A stretch of 64,000 nucleotides of DNA from the human T2T-CHM13v2.0 reference genome, Homo sapiens, in NCBI RefSeq assembly GCF_009914755.1, contig NC_060938.1. The stretch is one strand, 5' to 3'. Positions 18,217 to 44,630 of this stretch are shown here, in pieces. Position numbers and translations under genes: made by a program. The notes under the pieces are model-generated. The model was not told the DNA's origin. It made no database searches and was given only the letters and a program-made list of their open reading frames with translations. Every line of letters begins with the position of its first letter. Position 1 is the stretch's first letter.

Positions 18217-19595
18217 CTGTAAAATAATAATAGAAAAAAAATTATAAAAATCAGAATCCCAAAATTATAATTGACAGTTACAAATTATGGTGCTATAACT
18301 TGGTCATGTTATCAGGTGCAAATACAGTATTTCTTCCACCTATCTGTTGCCAGTTTATAACAACTGCATAAATGTGAGGCTGGTATAAGTAAATTGGTAG
18401 ACTTGGTTAGAAAGACACAGACTGGGCCGGGCACAGTGGCTTATGCCTGTAATCCCAGCACTTTGGGAGGCCGAGGGGGGCGGATCACCTGAGGTCAGGA
18501 GTTTGAGACCAGCCTGGCCAACGTGGCGAAACCCCGTCTCTACTAAAAATACAAAAATTAGCGAGGCCTGGTGGCAGGTGCCTGTAATCCTAGCTACTCG
18601 GGAGGCTGAGGCAGGAGAATCACTTGAACCCAGGAGTCGAAGGGCGCAGTGAGCCAAGGTCATGCCACCACACTCCAGCCTAGATGACAAGAGCAAGACT
18701 TTGTCTCAAAAAAGAAAAAAAAGACACAGATTGGGCTGGGCAAGGTGGCTGGCGCCTGTAATCCCAATACTTTGGGAGGCCAAGGCAGGTGGGTTACCTG
18801 AGGTCAGGAGTTCAAGACCAGCCTGGCCAGCACGGCAAAACCCCATCTCCACTAAAAATACAAAAATTAGCCAGGTGTGGTGGCAGGTGCCTGTAATCCC
18901 AGTTACTTGGGAGGCTGAGGCAGGAGAATTGCCTGAACCCAGGAGGCGGAAGTTGGCAGTGAGCAGAGATCATGCCACTGCACTCCAGCCTGGGTGACAA
19001 AGCAAGATTCTGTCTCAAAAAAAAAAAGACACAGACTGCCACTAAATAGACCCTGAACAGATGGCAACTAGGAGCCAAAGTAGCTCGACTCACATTCTTT
19101 TCAAACAAGAAAGAGTTAACAGGTAGAGGATAGACAATTGTAAACTGACTACAACTAAATACTCCATTGATCAGGTTTTCTAAACTCTTCTAGTAGATAT
19201 CTCAAGATAAAACAGCACAAGTGATTTGTTTAAATAATATAGGTCAGGATAAAGTCATGATTCTACAAAAAATATTTAATTATTTTAATTAATTGGAGCC
19301 AATCTGATGTTTTAGAAAATTATGATCTCACCATTTTGATAACAATATATAATAATTTCTGTCCTAACTTCAATTTAACCAACTAGATTCTAACTCTAGA
19401 GTGTAAAATTCAGTTATTAAAATTATCCAATGGATGGTTTCAGAATCACATGCTTCACTCTTATGAACTGAATTTTCTTAATAAAGCCTATATCAATTTT
19501 AAATAACAACTACAATTTTGAAGCTCAGTAATTCTTAAGAAAATCTAATTATCCATTTAAAGTATTCATATATAAAAAATTAAAATTAAAAATAC

Positions 19596-19715
19596 CTTGT
19601 AATACCTAAAGTAGTCACTTTCAAGAAGTTTTTGTAGTCTTGGGAAAAGCCTGTAGTTATTAAATCTATCAATGGTTTCAACATCACAGGTACAATCATC
19701 CAAGTAACCACTAAC
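19596..19715 (-). CDS. ERO1A: ERO1A coding exon 2 (aa 39-78)
   Basis: 120 nt, [40 protein letters not shown]; acceptor AACAG, donor AAG|GTATT. Confidence 0.98.
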
Positions 19716-19925
19716 CTGTTACAAAGAAAATGAAATATTAAATTGAAATGTCCTAAATGCAACAGGGTTCTTTTTCCTCACATGGTTGTTAGGAAACAGC
19801 CCCCTACTCAACCAGTCCTTATCCTCCCTCCTCCCACATAGTTTCTTGAGATGGGGTATGACAATAATCTAGTAATACTGCTGCTCTTGCTATATACCGA
19901 GGAATGGAAGGTGTGCAGAGCTCAT

Positions 19926-19926
<1 letters not shown>

Positions 19927-19958
<32 letters not shown>
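19927..19958. repeat. (AC)16 microsatellite
   Basis: Direct count. Confidence 0.97.
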
Positions 19959-19959
<1 letters not shown>

Positions 19960-19962
<3 letters not shown>

Positions 19963-20400
19963 AGTTGGCCCCCTGGCAACCTTTATTTTGTAACTCTGCC
20001 CTCCAGGCCATAGTTGACCTGACCAAGGGTAGGCATCCAACTCAAACCAGGTCATGGTCCCCTCTCCAGGATCCTAGAATTGAGAATAACAGGGAAAGAT
20101 GTCTCCCTGTGGCTAGACCAGTAAAACAAATACTCCATCATGTGAACTGAGGAGCACATGATCCAGTTGGCAAAGAGAGGAAAAGTTTTTAAAAGATACA
20201 CAAAGCTTGATTGTCCTCGGAATTCTTGGGGGGCAAAAAAAGATACACAAAGAAGCAGAGGTAGGAGATAGAGTATATGCTACTTGGGTATCTGAGGGGT
20301 TTCCAGCTCCCACTTCCACTGTCCTTCCTGAGGCACAGCTGCATTCCCATCCTTAGCTTTCAGTAAGGATCTAACAATCCTCAAATATTGGGCTGTAACA
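19960..20400 (+). mobile_element. Degraded MLT1-type MaLR LTR
   Basis: CCCTCCAGGCCATAGTTGACCTGACCAAGGGTAGGCATCC resembles old MLT1 LTRs. Confidence 0.45.
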
Positions 20401-21504
20401 ATTTCTTAAAGGTTTGGAATGGTGCTTAGAAACCATTTATCATTAGTAACAATGAAACAGCAAACTGACCTCAAAGTCAATCCTGCTCTTCAAATATTTA
20501 AAGCTAATGTCTTAATGGTATGTACTAAATCAAGCTACTAAATGCACATATCCTAGGATACAATGGTAATGATAATAAATATTATCAATTATGAAACTAG
20601 AATTCTTTTTTTTTCTTTTTTTCACCAGTGTTACTTGCCAAATTAAACTAAAATTCTTAGATGTTTATTTGAGCTAGAAAAACATCTAATAGAACTAAAG
20701 ATTGCTTTAAGAAACAAATATATCATGATTCCAAAAACAAAAACAAACTTAGGAAAAAACTGTTAAATATAGCATGCTCCAGAAAAGAGATCTTTATACT
20801 TTGGTCTAGATATCTGCATTTTAAACTACTTTGGATTATATTTTAGGAAGATCTATAGCCTAGAAATAAATAATTTAAAAATCTACTGATAAGGAAGCAA
20901 ATCAATAATACTCTATTGAAATACTGAATTAAGATTCAGTATTTCAGAACACTGTAAAATCCTAAACTTTCTTTTGAGAATATCACAAAAGAGTAATGGA
21001 AATTTTTCACCTAAAAGAAATAAGAATACTTTGGATGACAACAGCAATATTCAAGAAGAACTTTTTACTGCTTTTCCCACTCTTACTTGTTTTGGACTAA
21101 TTCAGTTTCTAGAAATCAGATCTACATATTTTGTCATGTAATAACTATTTTCATTTCATATGCAAATTTGTCCTTGTTTCCTACTAAAAATTCTCTGAAT
21201 ACACAAGAATCTCAGAGTCCTAATTTTGGATACCAACAACACAAAGTACTTCTAACCTAAATGATATGATTTTTCAAACTTTCTTTTCAACCTTAAGAGC
21301 AGAACTTCTAGGGACAAAAAATAGCTGTTTCTCCCCTTTGATATGAATTATTATGCAAAGAATGACAGACATAGAGACTGCAAAGGCCAAAGGGACATAT
21401 GCAAAGTAGAGACATTAAGTTACAAAAAGAAACACATGAAAAACTTGAGAGCAAGTTTCAAGGCATCCATTCTTCCCCCTGAGGAATTCATTTTTAAGGT
21501 TAAA

Positions 21505-22070
21505 ATATATCTTCAAGCCTCAGCTCAGTATCACCTTTTTCAGGAAGCTGTCCTTCCAGTACTCCTTACCACCCGCTGGGTTAAATGCCTCTCCCAGCTG
21601 CTCCCAAGATACTCCACACACTATTATCTAAGTATTACTGTACCTCACAGCAGTGAATTTATCTATTTTACCCCTGCCCACTAAAGTATAAAATCCTTGA
21701 GTGAAAAATCATATACTTCCAGAAAGCACACAGTAGATGCTCAATAATTATTTGTGGCCTGTAATCCCAGCACCCTGGGAGGCCAAGGCGGGAGGATCAC
21801 TTGAGGTCAGGAGTTGAAGACCAGCCTGACCAACATGGTGAAGCCCCATCCCTACCAGAAACATAAAAATTAGCCGGGCATGGTGGCCCATGCCTGTTGT
21901 CCCAGCTACTTGGGCGCCTGAGGCAGGAGAATCGCTTGAACCCAAAACGCAGAGGTTGCAGGGAACCAAGATCACACCACTGCACTGCACTCCAGCCTCG
22001 GCAACAAAGTGAGATTCTGTCACAAATAAATTATTACTATTTGTGGAAGAGGTGGGTGAATGAATGAATG
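21505..22070 (+). mobile_element. L2 3' end with an Alu (+, 21757-22030) inserted
   Basis: CTCAGCTCAGTATCACCTT...CAGGAAGC...CACAGTAGATGCTCAATAA...TGAATGAATGAATG. Confidence 0.7.
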
Positions 22071-22402
22071 TTGTCCATTGTCACTCATCACTGGAGACCA
22101 GCACCATACTGTCTCATTAAACATATCTAGCACCATGTCACCTATGGTGTGCTCAGTGCCCCAGAGTACACAAGCACAGGAGGCAGAAACACACATAGCA
22201 AGTAAAGCAAGCAGCAAAGGTAAACACCTTTTGTGTCTATCATTCTTCCTATCTCTATCTTAATTACAAAGGAAGCTCTAAGAAGCCCCAAACCAGAAAG
22301 AAATGCAAAAATCCTCCAGAGCAGAGGTGGCCTATAGCCAAGAGACCTCAAAGGGAAAGAAGGCAGGATAAATGGTAGATTGGTAGATTTTAAAATGTTC
22401 TT

Positions 22403-26902
<4,500 letters not shown>

Positions 26903-28929
26903 GGTGGAGAGAAATACATAAATAAATCAATGTGCTCAAAGTGTGCTTTATTTGGCAAAGAACTTCAGGTGTATTTAATTTTACTGTGTTTTATCACCAT
27001 AAAAAAATAACATAAAAAGTACTCATCTGTTGACAGAAGTACACTGGGACAAGTCTGTCAATGGAAGCAGGGAAATACCAAAGATTCCACACCAGGTAGT
27101 AGGCACCATCCTAAGGACCTAGAACGCTACAGGTCATTTTGGCTTTAAAGACTTAGTCTTGCCGAAACTTTAAATTGTCAAATGACTGGCAACCATCAGG
27201 AAAATATTTCTTCCACACAGTTTATTCAGAAAAGCCTGGAATGCAGCACACACATAGAGTCAGTGGACACCTCTCCAGTGTAACCTGTTTCAAAGATCCC
27301 TCTGACTAAGTTATAATCCTGGGCTTATTTCCATCCACCACTCAACATATTAGCAAGTGTCTCTCCCACGGCCCAGCCACCAGGCTAACAATTAAAACCA
27401 TTGTTTCAACTGACCTAACAAGACACTTGACAGGTTAAATCTACTAAATGCGCTCCAAGCTAAAAAAGATCCATTTTTGGAGTATTTATTTTGGACTCTG
27501 AGCTACTCTCCCCTTTCATTAGCCTGACAGAGATTTACTGTGCTCAAATAAGCTATCCTGAGTGTTACTAGCACTAGCCATATTAAGATTGATAAAACAT
27601 CATGAGCAAGTAAGAGTTTACAAACATCGTGAGCCACCATGCCTGGCCTAGGTTGTATATACAATTCTTACATGAGGTTACATATACAGATTTACAAGTC
27701 TAAGGCAATTAATCATTCATTTTGAGCAACTAACACTTAAGCACTATTATCAAAGGAACTTACAACATACAGTGAAAATAATTTTAGCAGGATTTGATAT
27801 CAACTAACAGGCATATGTAGCAACTGACCAAATTCAAAGACTCAGTTGGAGCTATCAACCAATCTGAAAGATCAGTTCCAGAAAACATGCAAATGGCTTG
27901 CTAAGCAGAATAATTTTTAAAATATACTCCTGTTGGCATAGTGCTTGCATCTTATAATTTCCCTAGGACTTGTTGAGCACCAATTATTCACCAGGCTCAC
28001 TTCTTGGAAGTGTCACACCTTTAATTCATTTTTTGATCTCCCAAAAATTGTTCACAGTAGGTTTCAACATATGCTTGATGAATTTAATCTGATTACTTGT
28101 AGAGCTCTACACATTTTAATTCAGTGACTTTCTAAGGTCACTGCTCTAGCTCAAATCAGAGCGGACATTCTGTGAACTGAACCCTACTATAAGCCAGGCA
28201 CCATGCAGCAGTGTGATGATGGATGGGGATGTGGTAACCCAAGGCAGATGTGGTAAGAGGGACAGGCAACAGGAAGAAAAGATAAAACTATTACCAAAAC
28301 AATCAACGGGACTGTGCAGCTCACTGGATATTGTAAACAGAACCAGAGAAGATTTTAACTTGTATTTCCAAACATCTGGTGGAAATTTAGTTTTTAACTT
28401 AGTTTCTAGCAATATTTCCTAACTTGTTTTTTAAGTGCTTAGGATCTGTGCCTCCCACGAATCCCCAATGAACATTATTCACTAAACTATAGCTCTTCAG
28501 GGCAGGGATAATGCCATAGTTATTTCTGTGTCCCAAACACTCTGGTCAACGTGCAGAGTGGTTACACTTGTTGAATGAATGATTTGCACCATTTATCTCC
28601 CCTTTTCTTTCTCCATTTTTTTTCTTTTCCCTCTCATGCTGTTTCTCTGTGTATGTCTGTCTATGTGCTTGCCTCTAATTTTCTCTGCATGTCTATTCAT
28701 CAGTGCCACCTCTCCTCCCTTCTCCCCCGATCCTCATCCCTTCCACTACTAGCCCTATTGTTTCACTTATAGAATTGGAATTGATAGTCTCTGTTCTTAA
28801 ATAGACAACTTTTTTTTTTTTTTTTTTTTTTTTGCTTAGGCTCCCTCAAATCATGAAATAAGTAGACCATTCTAAATTTCTAAATTTCTGTTAAAACTGT
28901 TTTTTTAACTATATGATCCTCAATTTACT

Positions 28930-29647
<718 letters not shown>

Positions 29648-30929
29648 TAGCCACTCTCGTTCTAAAAGAAAAAGAAAGGGGTTTAACAGAATTTTATGTT
29701 AGGGAAGTATTTGAATATGAGGGTATTGTGAAAGAGGAAAAGTTTAATCACTAGTTAGAAGAAAAAGAAAATAAATGCAAAGAATTTAAAGTTCTATTTT
29801 AAGCAGAACTCCAAAAAGGTTATTAAGGAAAATAAAAGTAAAAGTTGAAGAGTTCAACATGTACTTTTATTCCAGTATCCAAATCTCCAGAATGTAGCTG
29901 AAAATGTTACATTGGACATCTTCTTTCCGTAAAGAATATTTTATTTTAAAGTCACTTATTTCTATCTTATTTTTTAAATGTTTAATCTCGGTGTTGCGTT
30001 ATATTTCTAATCAGAAGAAAAATGACCCTTTTCCTTTTAAGTACTTGATTGTGTGTCCTTTGTAATGATTGAAGGTAAAGGACTTTTCAATGTCTCAGTT
30101 GTAAAGTAGCAATTTTCTTTCAACTTCCCTTAGTTTCCTAGATAACACTCACCTCAACTCCCAAATCACTCAGCAAAACAACAAAATCCAAGAATGTAAA
30201 GTAGTGAAAGAGAAACCTTTCATAATATTTAAATGCATCTTTCCTTTGACATGGTATCATGCCCCTAAACACATAAAATGGTATTTCTGACAATAAATTA
30301 ATAGCAAAATCCACTTAGGAATAACATGGATGCCTAACCCTTAATTTTGTATAAAACGTAATTTTTATCAACAGAGTCAACCAAAAAGTGGCTTTGACAA
30401 GAGTAATCACATTGAAATACTAGATACTGAAGATAATGGAAAACTGTAAGTTTCTCTCAATTTTTTGCTCAAGAAACCACATCTCTTACAGAAGGAAATG
30501 ATCATAATCCGCTTGTAATTAAACTTGTGCACTGAAGAATAAGGACCTTCCTCCCAATTCGTACCAGCTTAACGGGTGTCACGATAAGAGAATCTCATTA
30601 CATTCGAGAAAAAGAGCACACAGGACCAGAAACCAGAGGGCAACTGCAGTCCCAAAGACATCAGGTAGTTGGGCTTACACACAGAAAAACCGCAAGCAGC
30701 CATTCTTCCGCCTAACATCGAAATCTGAGATCAGCCCACAAACGTCTTAGCCAGAAAGGCTGGCGAAATGCACGCAGCACAGGTACTGGGTACACAAGTT
30801 CCTGGTCAAGAGAGAAGTGAGAAATATCCAGGTTCTGTGAAAATAGCAAATACTGGCAGGGCATTATACACTGTGCACACTCTCCCCGGGCAGATAAGAC
30901 CAACAAAGATGCATAAACCCACTCAACCG

Positions 30930-31870
30930 CGTGCACCCAACCCCTCTCCTGGTCCGAGGCACCGGAGGGCGCGGCGACGTCCAGGCTGCCGTGGAGGCCC
31001 GGTCCACGCCAAGCCAGACTCAGTCCCGGCCACCGGGCAGCAGCACCGGAGTCTCATTCCCGGTGGGAAGAGATGCAAGGACGCACCCCCAGCCGCTCAC
31101 CCGCCAGGGCGTGCGGGACAGTGCACGCCGCGGAGGGCGCCGGGACCCTCAGCACCAACGCGCACATCGCTCACCTGGCAGAAGCACCTCTGTGCCGCTG
31201 TCTCCGGGGGCTGCTCCTCTCCGTGGCCCGAGCTGAGCAGCCACACGGCGCCCAGGAGGCCAAACAAGAATCCCCAGCCGCGGCCCATTGCAGCTCCGGC
31301 AGCTTGTCGCCCCACGCTTGGGAGGCCAGTCCGCACGCTCGGTCGCGGGCCGTGCGCCCTCAGATGAAGCCCGTGCGGGCCGGCCCCAGCGGCGCCCCAC
31401 CTCCGGGCCGCCTCCCAGGCCCGCCTCGGCCCTCCTGCCTCTCAGCGATCGCCACCTCGCGACCCAGCCTGTGGACGTGCCGCGGCGCCCGCGCCGGCAG
31501 CCCGGGGCCTCGGACCGGTTCCTTCCCGCCGCGTGAGGCTGACGCACCGACCAGCTTCCCGGCTCGGCCCCGCCCGGTCCGCTGCGCCCGCGCCCGTCCC
31601 CGCCCCCGGCTCCCTGACGCCCCCGGCCTGGAGACGCAACCCGACGCGCACAACCCCAGACCCTGCGCGGGAGTCGGGGGTCCTTCCAGTTCCCAGAGCG
31701 AGAGCGAAAGCCGGAGGGGCCTGTGTTTTCCTGCGGGGTTGGGGGGCGGGGGGTGCCCGCCCCGCGCCGCCCCGCCCAGCCCCAGCCCGCTCACTCCCGG
31801 CCAATCCTTCCGTATCTCAATGCGAGACAATCAAATCGTACGAATTACGTGTCCACCGTGTTCCCGGCGG
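30930..31870 (-). promoter_or_regulatory. ERO1A: ERO1A CpG-island promoter and 5' UTR
   Basis: Very GC- and CpG-rich; several GC boxes at 31568-31790, CCAAT at 31801-31805, ACGTG cores at 31475-31479 and 31847-31851; surrounds exon 1. Confidence 0.9.
31175..31288 (-). CDS. ERO1A: ERO1A coding exon 1 (aa 1-38; signal peptide, Cys35/Cys37)
   Basis: Translates MGRGWGFLFGLLGAVWLLSSGHGEEQPPETAAQRCFCQ; ATG at 31288-31286 in context GCAATGG; donor CAG|GTGAGC; lies in a CpG island. Confidence 0.98.
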
Positions 31871-31914
31871 AGTCTTAAAGCTGAAAGGGATATTAGAGAG
31901 CATCTAGACCAGGG

Positions 31915-32163
31915 CAGCATATGTCATTTATATTTTTAGTAGCCACAGCAAAAGAGTAAAAATAACAGGTACATTTTATTTTTAAAATATTTTTATTTAA
32001 CCCCGAATGTGCAAAATATTATTTCAAAATATAACCAACATTAAATTTATTCATAAGATATTTGACTTTTTTTGTCTTTGAAATCCAGTGTGTATTCGAT
32101 GCGAACTAGACCCATTTCATAGTCAAATGTGGCTGGCTAGTGCCCACTGTATTAGACAGCGAG
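31915..32163. mobile_element. MER33-like hAT-Charlie element nested in a MIR
   Basis: TTTTAGTAGCCACA...TTATTTAACCC..ATGTGCAAAATATTATTTCAA...ATGTGGCT...TGTATTAGACAGC. Confidence 0.7.
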
Positions 32164-32295
32164 GGTGGAAGCCACCCGCTCATATCATAGGAAGAAACAG
32201 GCCTAGAGAAGTGAGGTAAGGTGAGCAAGGATTGGAGGTCCTCTGATACCCAGTCCTGGTCTTTTAACATTCAGAGTTGGGACTAGTCTATCCGC

Positions 32296-33769
<1,474 letters not shown>

Positions 33770-34011
33770 AAAAGCTCTTTTTCATATTCCTATATACAGG
33801 CCCCAGTTATCCTTTTTAGGGCCAGACCCAGGTCATGTTCTCCCTGTCTTAAGTCGTCTTCCTGGTTTCCTCCTAACCCAGTTCCAGTCTCTCAATGATT
33901 TCAATTCAGTAAACTTACTCTGTGACAAGCTGAGCTTGACATTTGGGATACAAAGATGTATAAGGTCCAGTTCCTACACTTGGAGAGACATCCATGGAAC
34001 TTAGTATGTAC

Positions 34012-35955
<1,944 letters not shown>

Positions 35956-37149
35956 GTATATAATCTTTTATGATATTTTCTACTTCATATTTCTTCACTG
36001 AATTGTAACATCTTTAAACTTCTTGAGCAGGGATTGTGTTTCAAATGTCCCTGAGACTCCCAGAGATCCTTAACAAGGATCTTGTCTTTGTACATGTTCG
36101 TGGAATAAATGAAAATCTTTCATTGGCCACAGTACTAATAAATGAAGATTAGGCCATCAAAAATGAGAAACACAATAAGAAAAGAGGAAATTAATAAAGC
36201 CTATGATTTTAGAAGGAAGCAATCTGAATATGAATCAGCTTAACATTTTACCCTAATGCAATGACCTGTAACCTGGGGGAGCTTAAAAATGTCAGTGTTC
36301 TCATGATAGAAATTATTTTCCATAAAACTCAAACTCTTTCCCAGAATAAATTTCTAGCAAACTTAGAAAAAGTATCCACTTTTTTTACCTTATTGTCTAG
36401 ATAATTATAATGTTTTGTTTCAGATTTGTAAGCGATTTTAGAATAAGTAAATACAGTTTTATGTGTGTGATGTGAATATCACTGAAGTGTCCATGAGAAT
36501 CTTTCAGGCCAGAAGGAAACTCCCTTTGCATGAGTTTGCTTCTTCAAATATACCTGCTCAGGCAATCGTCTCACCTGTGTTAGAGGCCATGAAATCACTG
36601 ATTAGTCATTCATTAACTATTTAAAGAGCACCCACAGGGTACATAGATCAACCTTTGATTTCTGAAAGCCCAACTTCCCATTCATTACAACTTTGCTAAA
36701 CAACATTAAATTTTTTAGAGATGAACAAGGTCACAAACTTGTTTTTCTAATACTAGTGATTATAACAATAACATGACTTAGATTTAATGCACACAGCATT
36801 TCCTGATGGAATTCTGATTACTGTGTAAATAACAGCGACTATTTTTTTTTTTATGACCAAAGCAGGAAATGGCTTGAGTCCAGTGTCTCAAAATGGTATG
36901 TGGGGATTTCTGTGGGAAGCTTCTCAGTACCCATACAATTTCTGTCATTGAATAGACTGGAAGAAAACAATTTAAAGGAAATAAATTAGTACAAAGAAAG
37001 GCTAAGTAAAAACCTAATGGGTTTAGTGCTGATATTTTTATTAGAATCATTCCTGTCATTAATATTTACTGAATATGGTTGCACACGTGGTATATTACTA
37101 GACATTTGTCTCAAGGTGCTTAGAATCATCTGAAGGGGGAAGACATGAC

Positions 37150-38891
<1,742 letters not shown>

Positions 38892-39051
38892 TAATTTAAG
38901 TGCATTTTCATAGGTATTTGGAAGTAGACATTTGGGATGAAAAATTTCTAAAAACTTAAGTGTTGTGGCCAATGTGGGAGCAAAAGTAGTTGCTACTTGC
39001 CTATTTGACACTGTTTCCCAATTTTTCTCTTAAAAATAAATCTGTTCTTGT

Positions 39052-39571
39052 TGTATTTGTTATCGATCACTGTGTAACAAATTACCCCAAAACTAAGTGG
39101 CTTCAAACAACAAACATTTATCATCTCATGGTTTTTAGGGACCAGCAATTCAGGAGCAGCTGAACTGAGTTGTGTGACTCAGTCTCTCATGGTGTTGCAA
39201 TCAATACTAGGGCTGCAGTAATAAAGGCTTGCCTAGAGCCGGAGGATCTCTGCCAGGAACTGCTCACTCATATGGCTGTTGGCAGGAGGCCTTAAGTTCC
39301 TGGATGGCTGTTCCTTGCTATGTTGGTCTCTCCATAGATCTGTTGATGTGTCCTCATGCCATGACAACTGGCTCTCCCACAGGGAGTTATCCAAGCGAGA
39401 GTCAAAAGGAAGGCTCAACACTTTTTGTGATCTAGTCTCCATCGTTGCGCACTGTCACTTCCACTTTATTTATCAAGAGCAAGTCACTAGGTCCAAGGAA
39501 GGGGAATTATGCTCCACCTCTTGAAGTGGAAAGTGTCAAATAATTTGTGTACATATTTTAAAATGACCACA
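39052..39571 (-). mobile_element. MLT1F/G-type MaLR solo LTR
   Basis: TGTGTAACAAATTACCCCAAAACTAAGTGGCTT...ACATATTTTAAAATGACCACA. Confidence 0.8.
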
Positions 39572-39864
39572 CTCATCTGTGCCAAGTTATAGGAAAATAG
39601 ATTGAGAAACTATCCTTACATGATTTTTGAAGGTCTACATCAATCTCATTACCGTTTGTTATGACATCACTTTTAATGACTCCGAAATAAACTAAGATAT
39701 GCCCTACCTTCTTTTATCTCTTCCACCCTATATGTTCTAATTTTCATTTTTTGGTCACATTTGTATTTTTCTGTTTTCACTTTATGATATTTTAAGTTCC
39801 TTGAGTACTGGTCACATTTCTTAGCCTCTTTATAACTCTGCTTACCTATCTTAGTGCCTGAGAT

Positions 39865-42201
<2,337 letters not shown>

Positions 42202-42719
42202 TCAAAGTTCCTGCCTCAGCCTACTTCAGCATCTTTATCTTGTACCCCACATCTCTACAACCCACCCCCTACTGGTCTCATTGGCCTCCTTTCTGTTCCT
42301 GGAAGTGAGTCAAGCTTTCTACCCACAACCCCCACCCCACTCCACTCCAGGACTTGCACTGTTTGTTTAGGTTTTCTTCAGTTGTTGCAAGGCTGGCTCC
42401 TTCTCATCTCAGATATCTGTTCTAGATTAATTCTTCCCACCATACTTCTCACCGTGTTTTAATTCCTTCACAGTATTTGTTAAACTCTGAAGTTTTTTTT
42501 ATTATTATTTCCTATCAAATGATAAGCAGATCTACCTTTAATACCTCATTCACTGACTGAATGGATGAATAAAACTGTCTACTTCTCCAGCACGTGGAGG
42601 TCTTGGACAGTACTGTGTTATAACAAAGGCCATCTGTGTTGTGTCGACAGGCCATCGGAACTCCTTTGAGGTATTACACATTTCCTACTTCACTTCCATC
42701 TCAGTTTATTACAGAGCCT

Positions 42720-43580
<861 letters not shown>

Positions 43581-44097
43581 CTTGTGTTTCGTGTTGTACT
43601 GTATCAGGCATACAAATTTCCCTTACCTCCTGAGTGCTTAACTTTTTTTTCCAGTGCATTTTCATTGAAAAGCATGAGTAGTTTAATTAAATGGAGGACC
43701 ATAATTACATGATTCTGTGGAGAACTGCATTTGTTGACTTTATTTAGGGTAGAATGTCAGAGAACAATCCACGTGGGTAGGTGAAGAGGTGAGGAAGGGT
43801 CTAAGTGATTATCATTCGGATTTGTAGTCGCAAATCCTAAGTGTCAGGGTGTCAATATCTTCTAAGACTATAACTTAAGATGTGCTTAAACAAGTATTGC
43901 CGATCAACAAAGTAAAAGTATGGTGCTTTCTCTGTAACATTTTGTTGTTATACATGCCACCTACTCATTACAAACAGCATTATTTCTTTTATGGTTTGAA
44001 ACAGTGGATGTGAAACTTAGGTAAAGTGAAGTAGACTTACGTAAACAGTAAAGTGAGACGTAGCGACTTAAACACACTAAGATTACTGTTCAATTAA

Positions 44098-44271
<174 letters not shown>

Positions 44272-44296
44272 TAATGCTTTTTATTTTCTTCCTTAG

Positions 44297-44336
44297 ATCG
44301 TGGGTGAAGTGCTTAAACAGTTAACTGAAGAAAAAT
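44297..44336 (+). CDS. PSMC6: PSMC6 exon 3
   Basis: 40 nt, IVGEVLKQLTEEK+T; AG / GTGAGT. Confidence 0.98.
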
Positions 44337-44577
44337 GTGAGTGATGAATTAGCTTATTAATTAGTAAAGAAACAGTCCACCTCTCTCTCACTTTTGAAAT
44401 GCTTATTATTTTAATGACAATAATGCAGAGAGAGAGAGTATTTTTGAATAGACTTAAGTTTTCCTTCAACTAATGTCTCCTTGGAGGACAGAAATACAAC
44501 TAAACCCTCTGTCAACGTGGGTATGTATTTTTTTACTTTCTATTTTTCAATTAGTTCTTTTATGTTTTTTCTTCTAG

Positions 44578-44630
44578 TCATTGTTAAAGCTACCAATGGA
44601 CCAAGATATGTTGTGGGTTGTCGTCGACAG
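44578..44630 (+). CDS. PSMC6: PSMC6 exon 4 (OB fold)
   Basis: 53 nt, TC+IVKATNGPRYVVGCRRQ; AG / GTAAT. Confidence 0.98.

Noticed and set aside
28810-28833. Isolated poly(T) as a retrocopy tail
   Set aside because: No element body or TSD visible
31801-31820. ER stress element at the ERO1A CCAAT
   Set aside because: CCAAT is not followed by N9-CCACG
30768-31939. Long ORFs over the ERO1A CpG island (199 aa, 288 aa and others, both strands)
   Set aside because: Low-complexity Pro/Arg/Ala/Gly translations expected in stop-poor GC-rich DNA; several frames are open at once, no domain is recognisable, and the longest ends in a transposon
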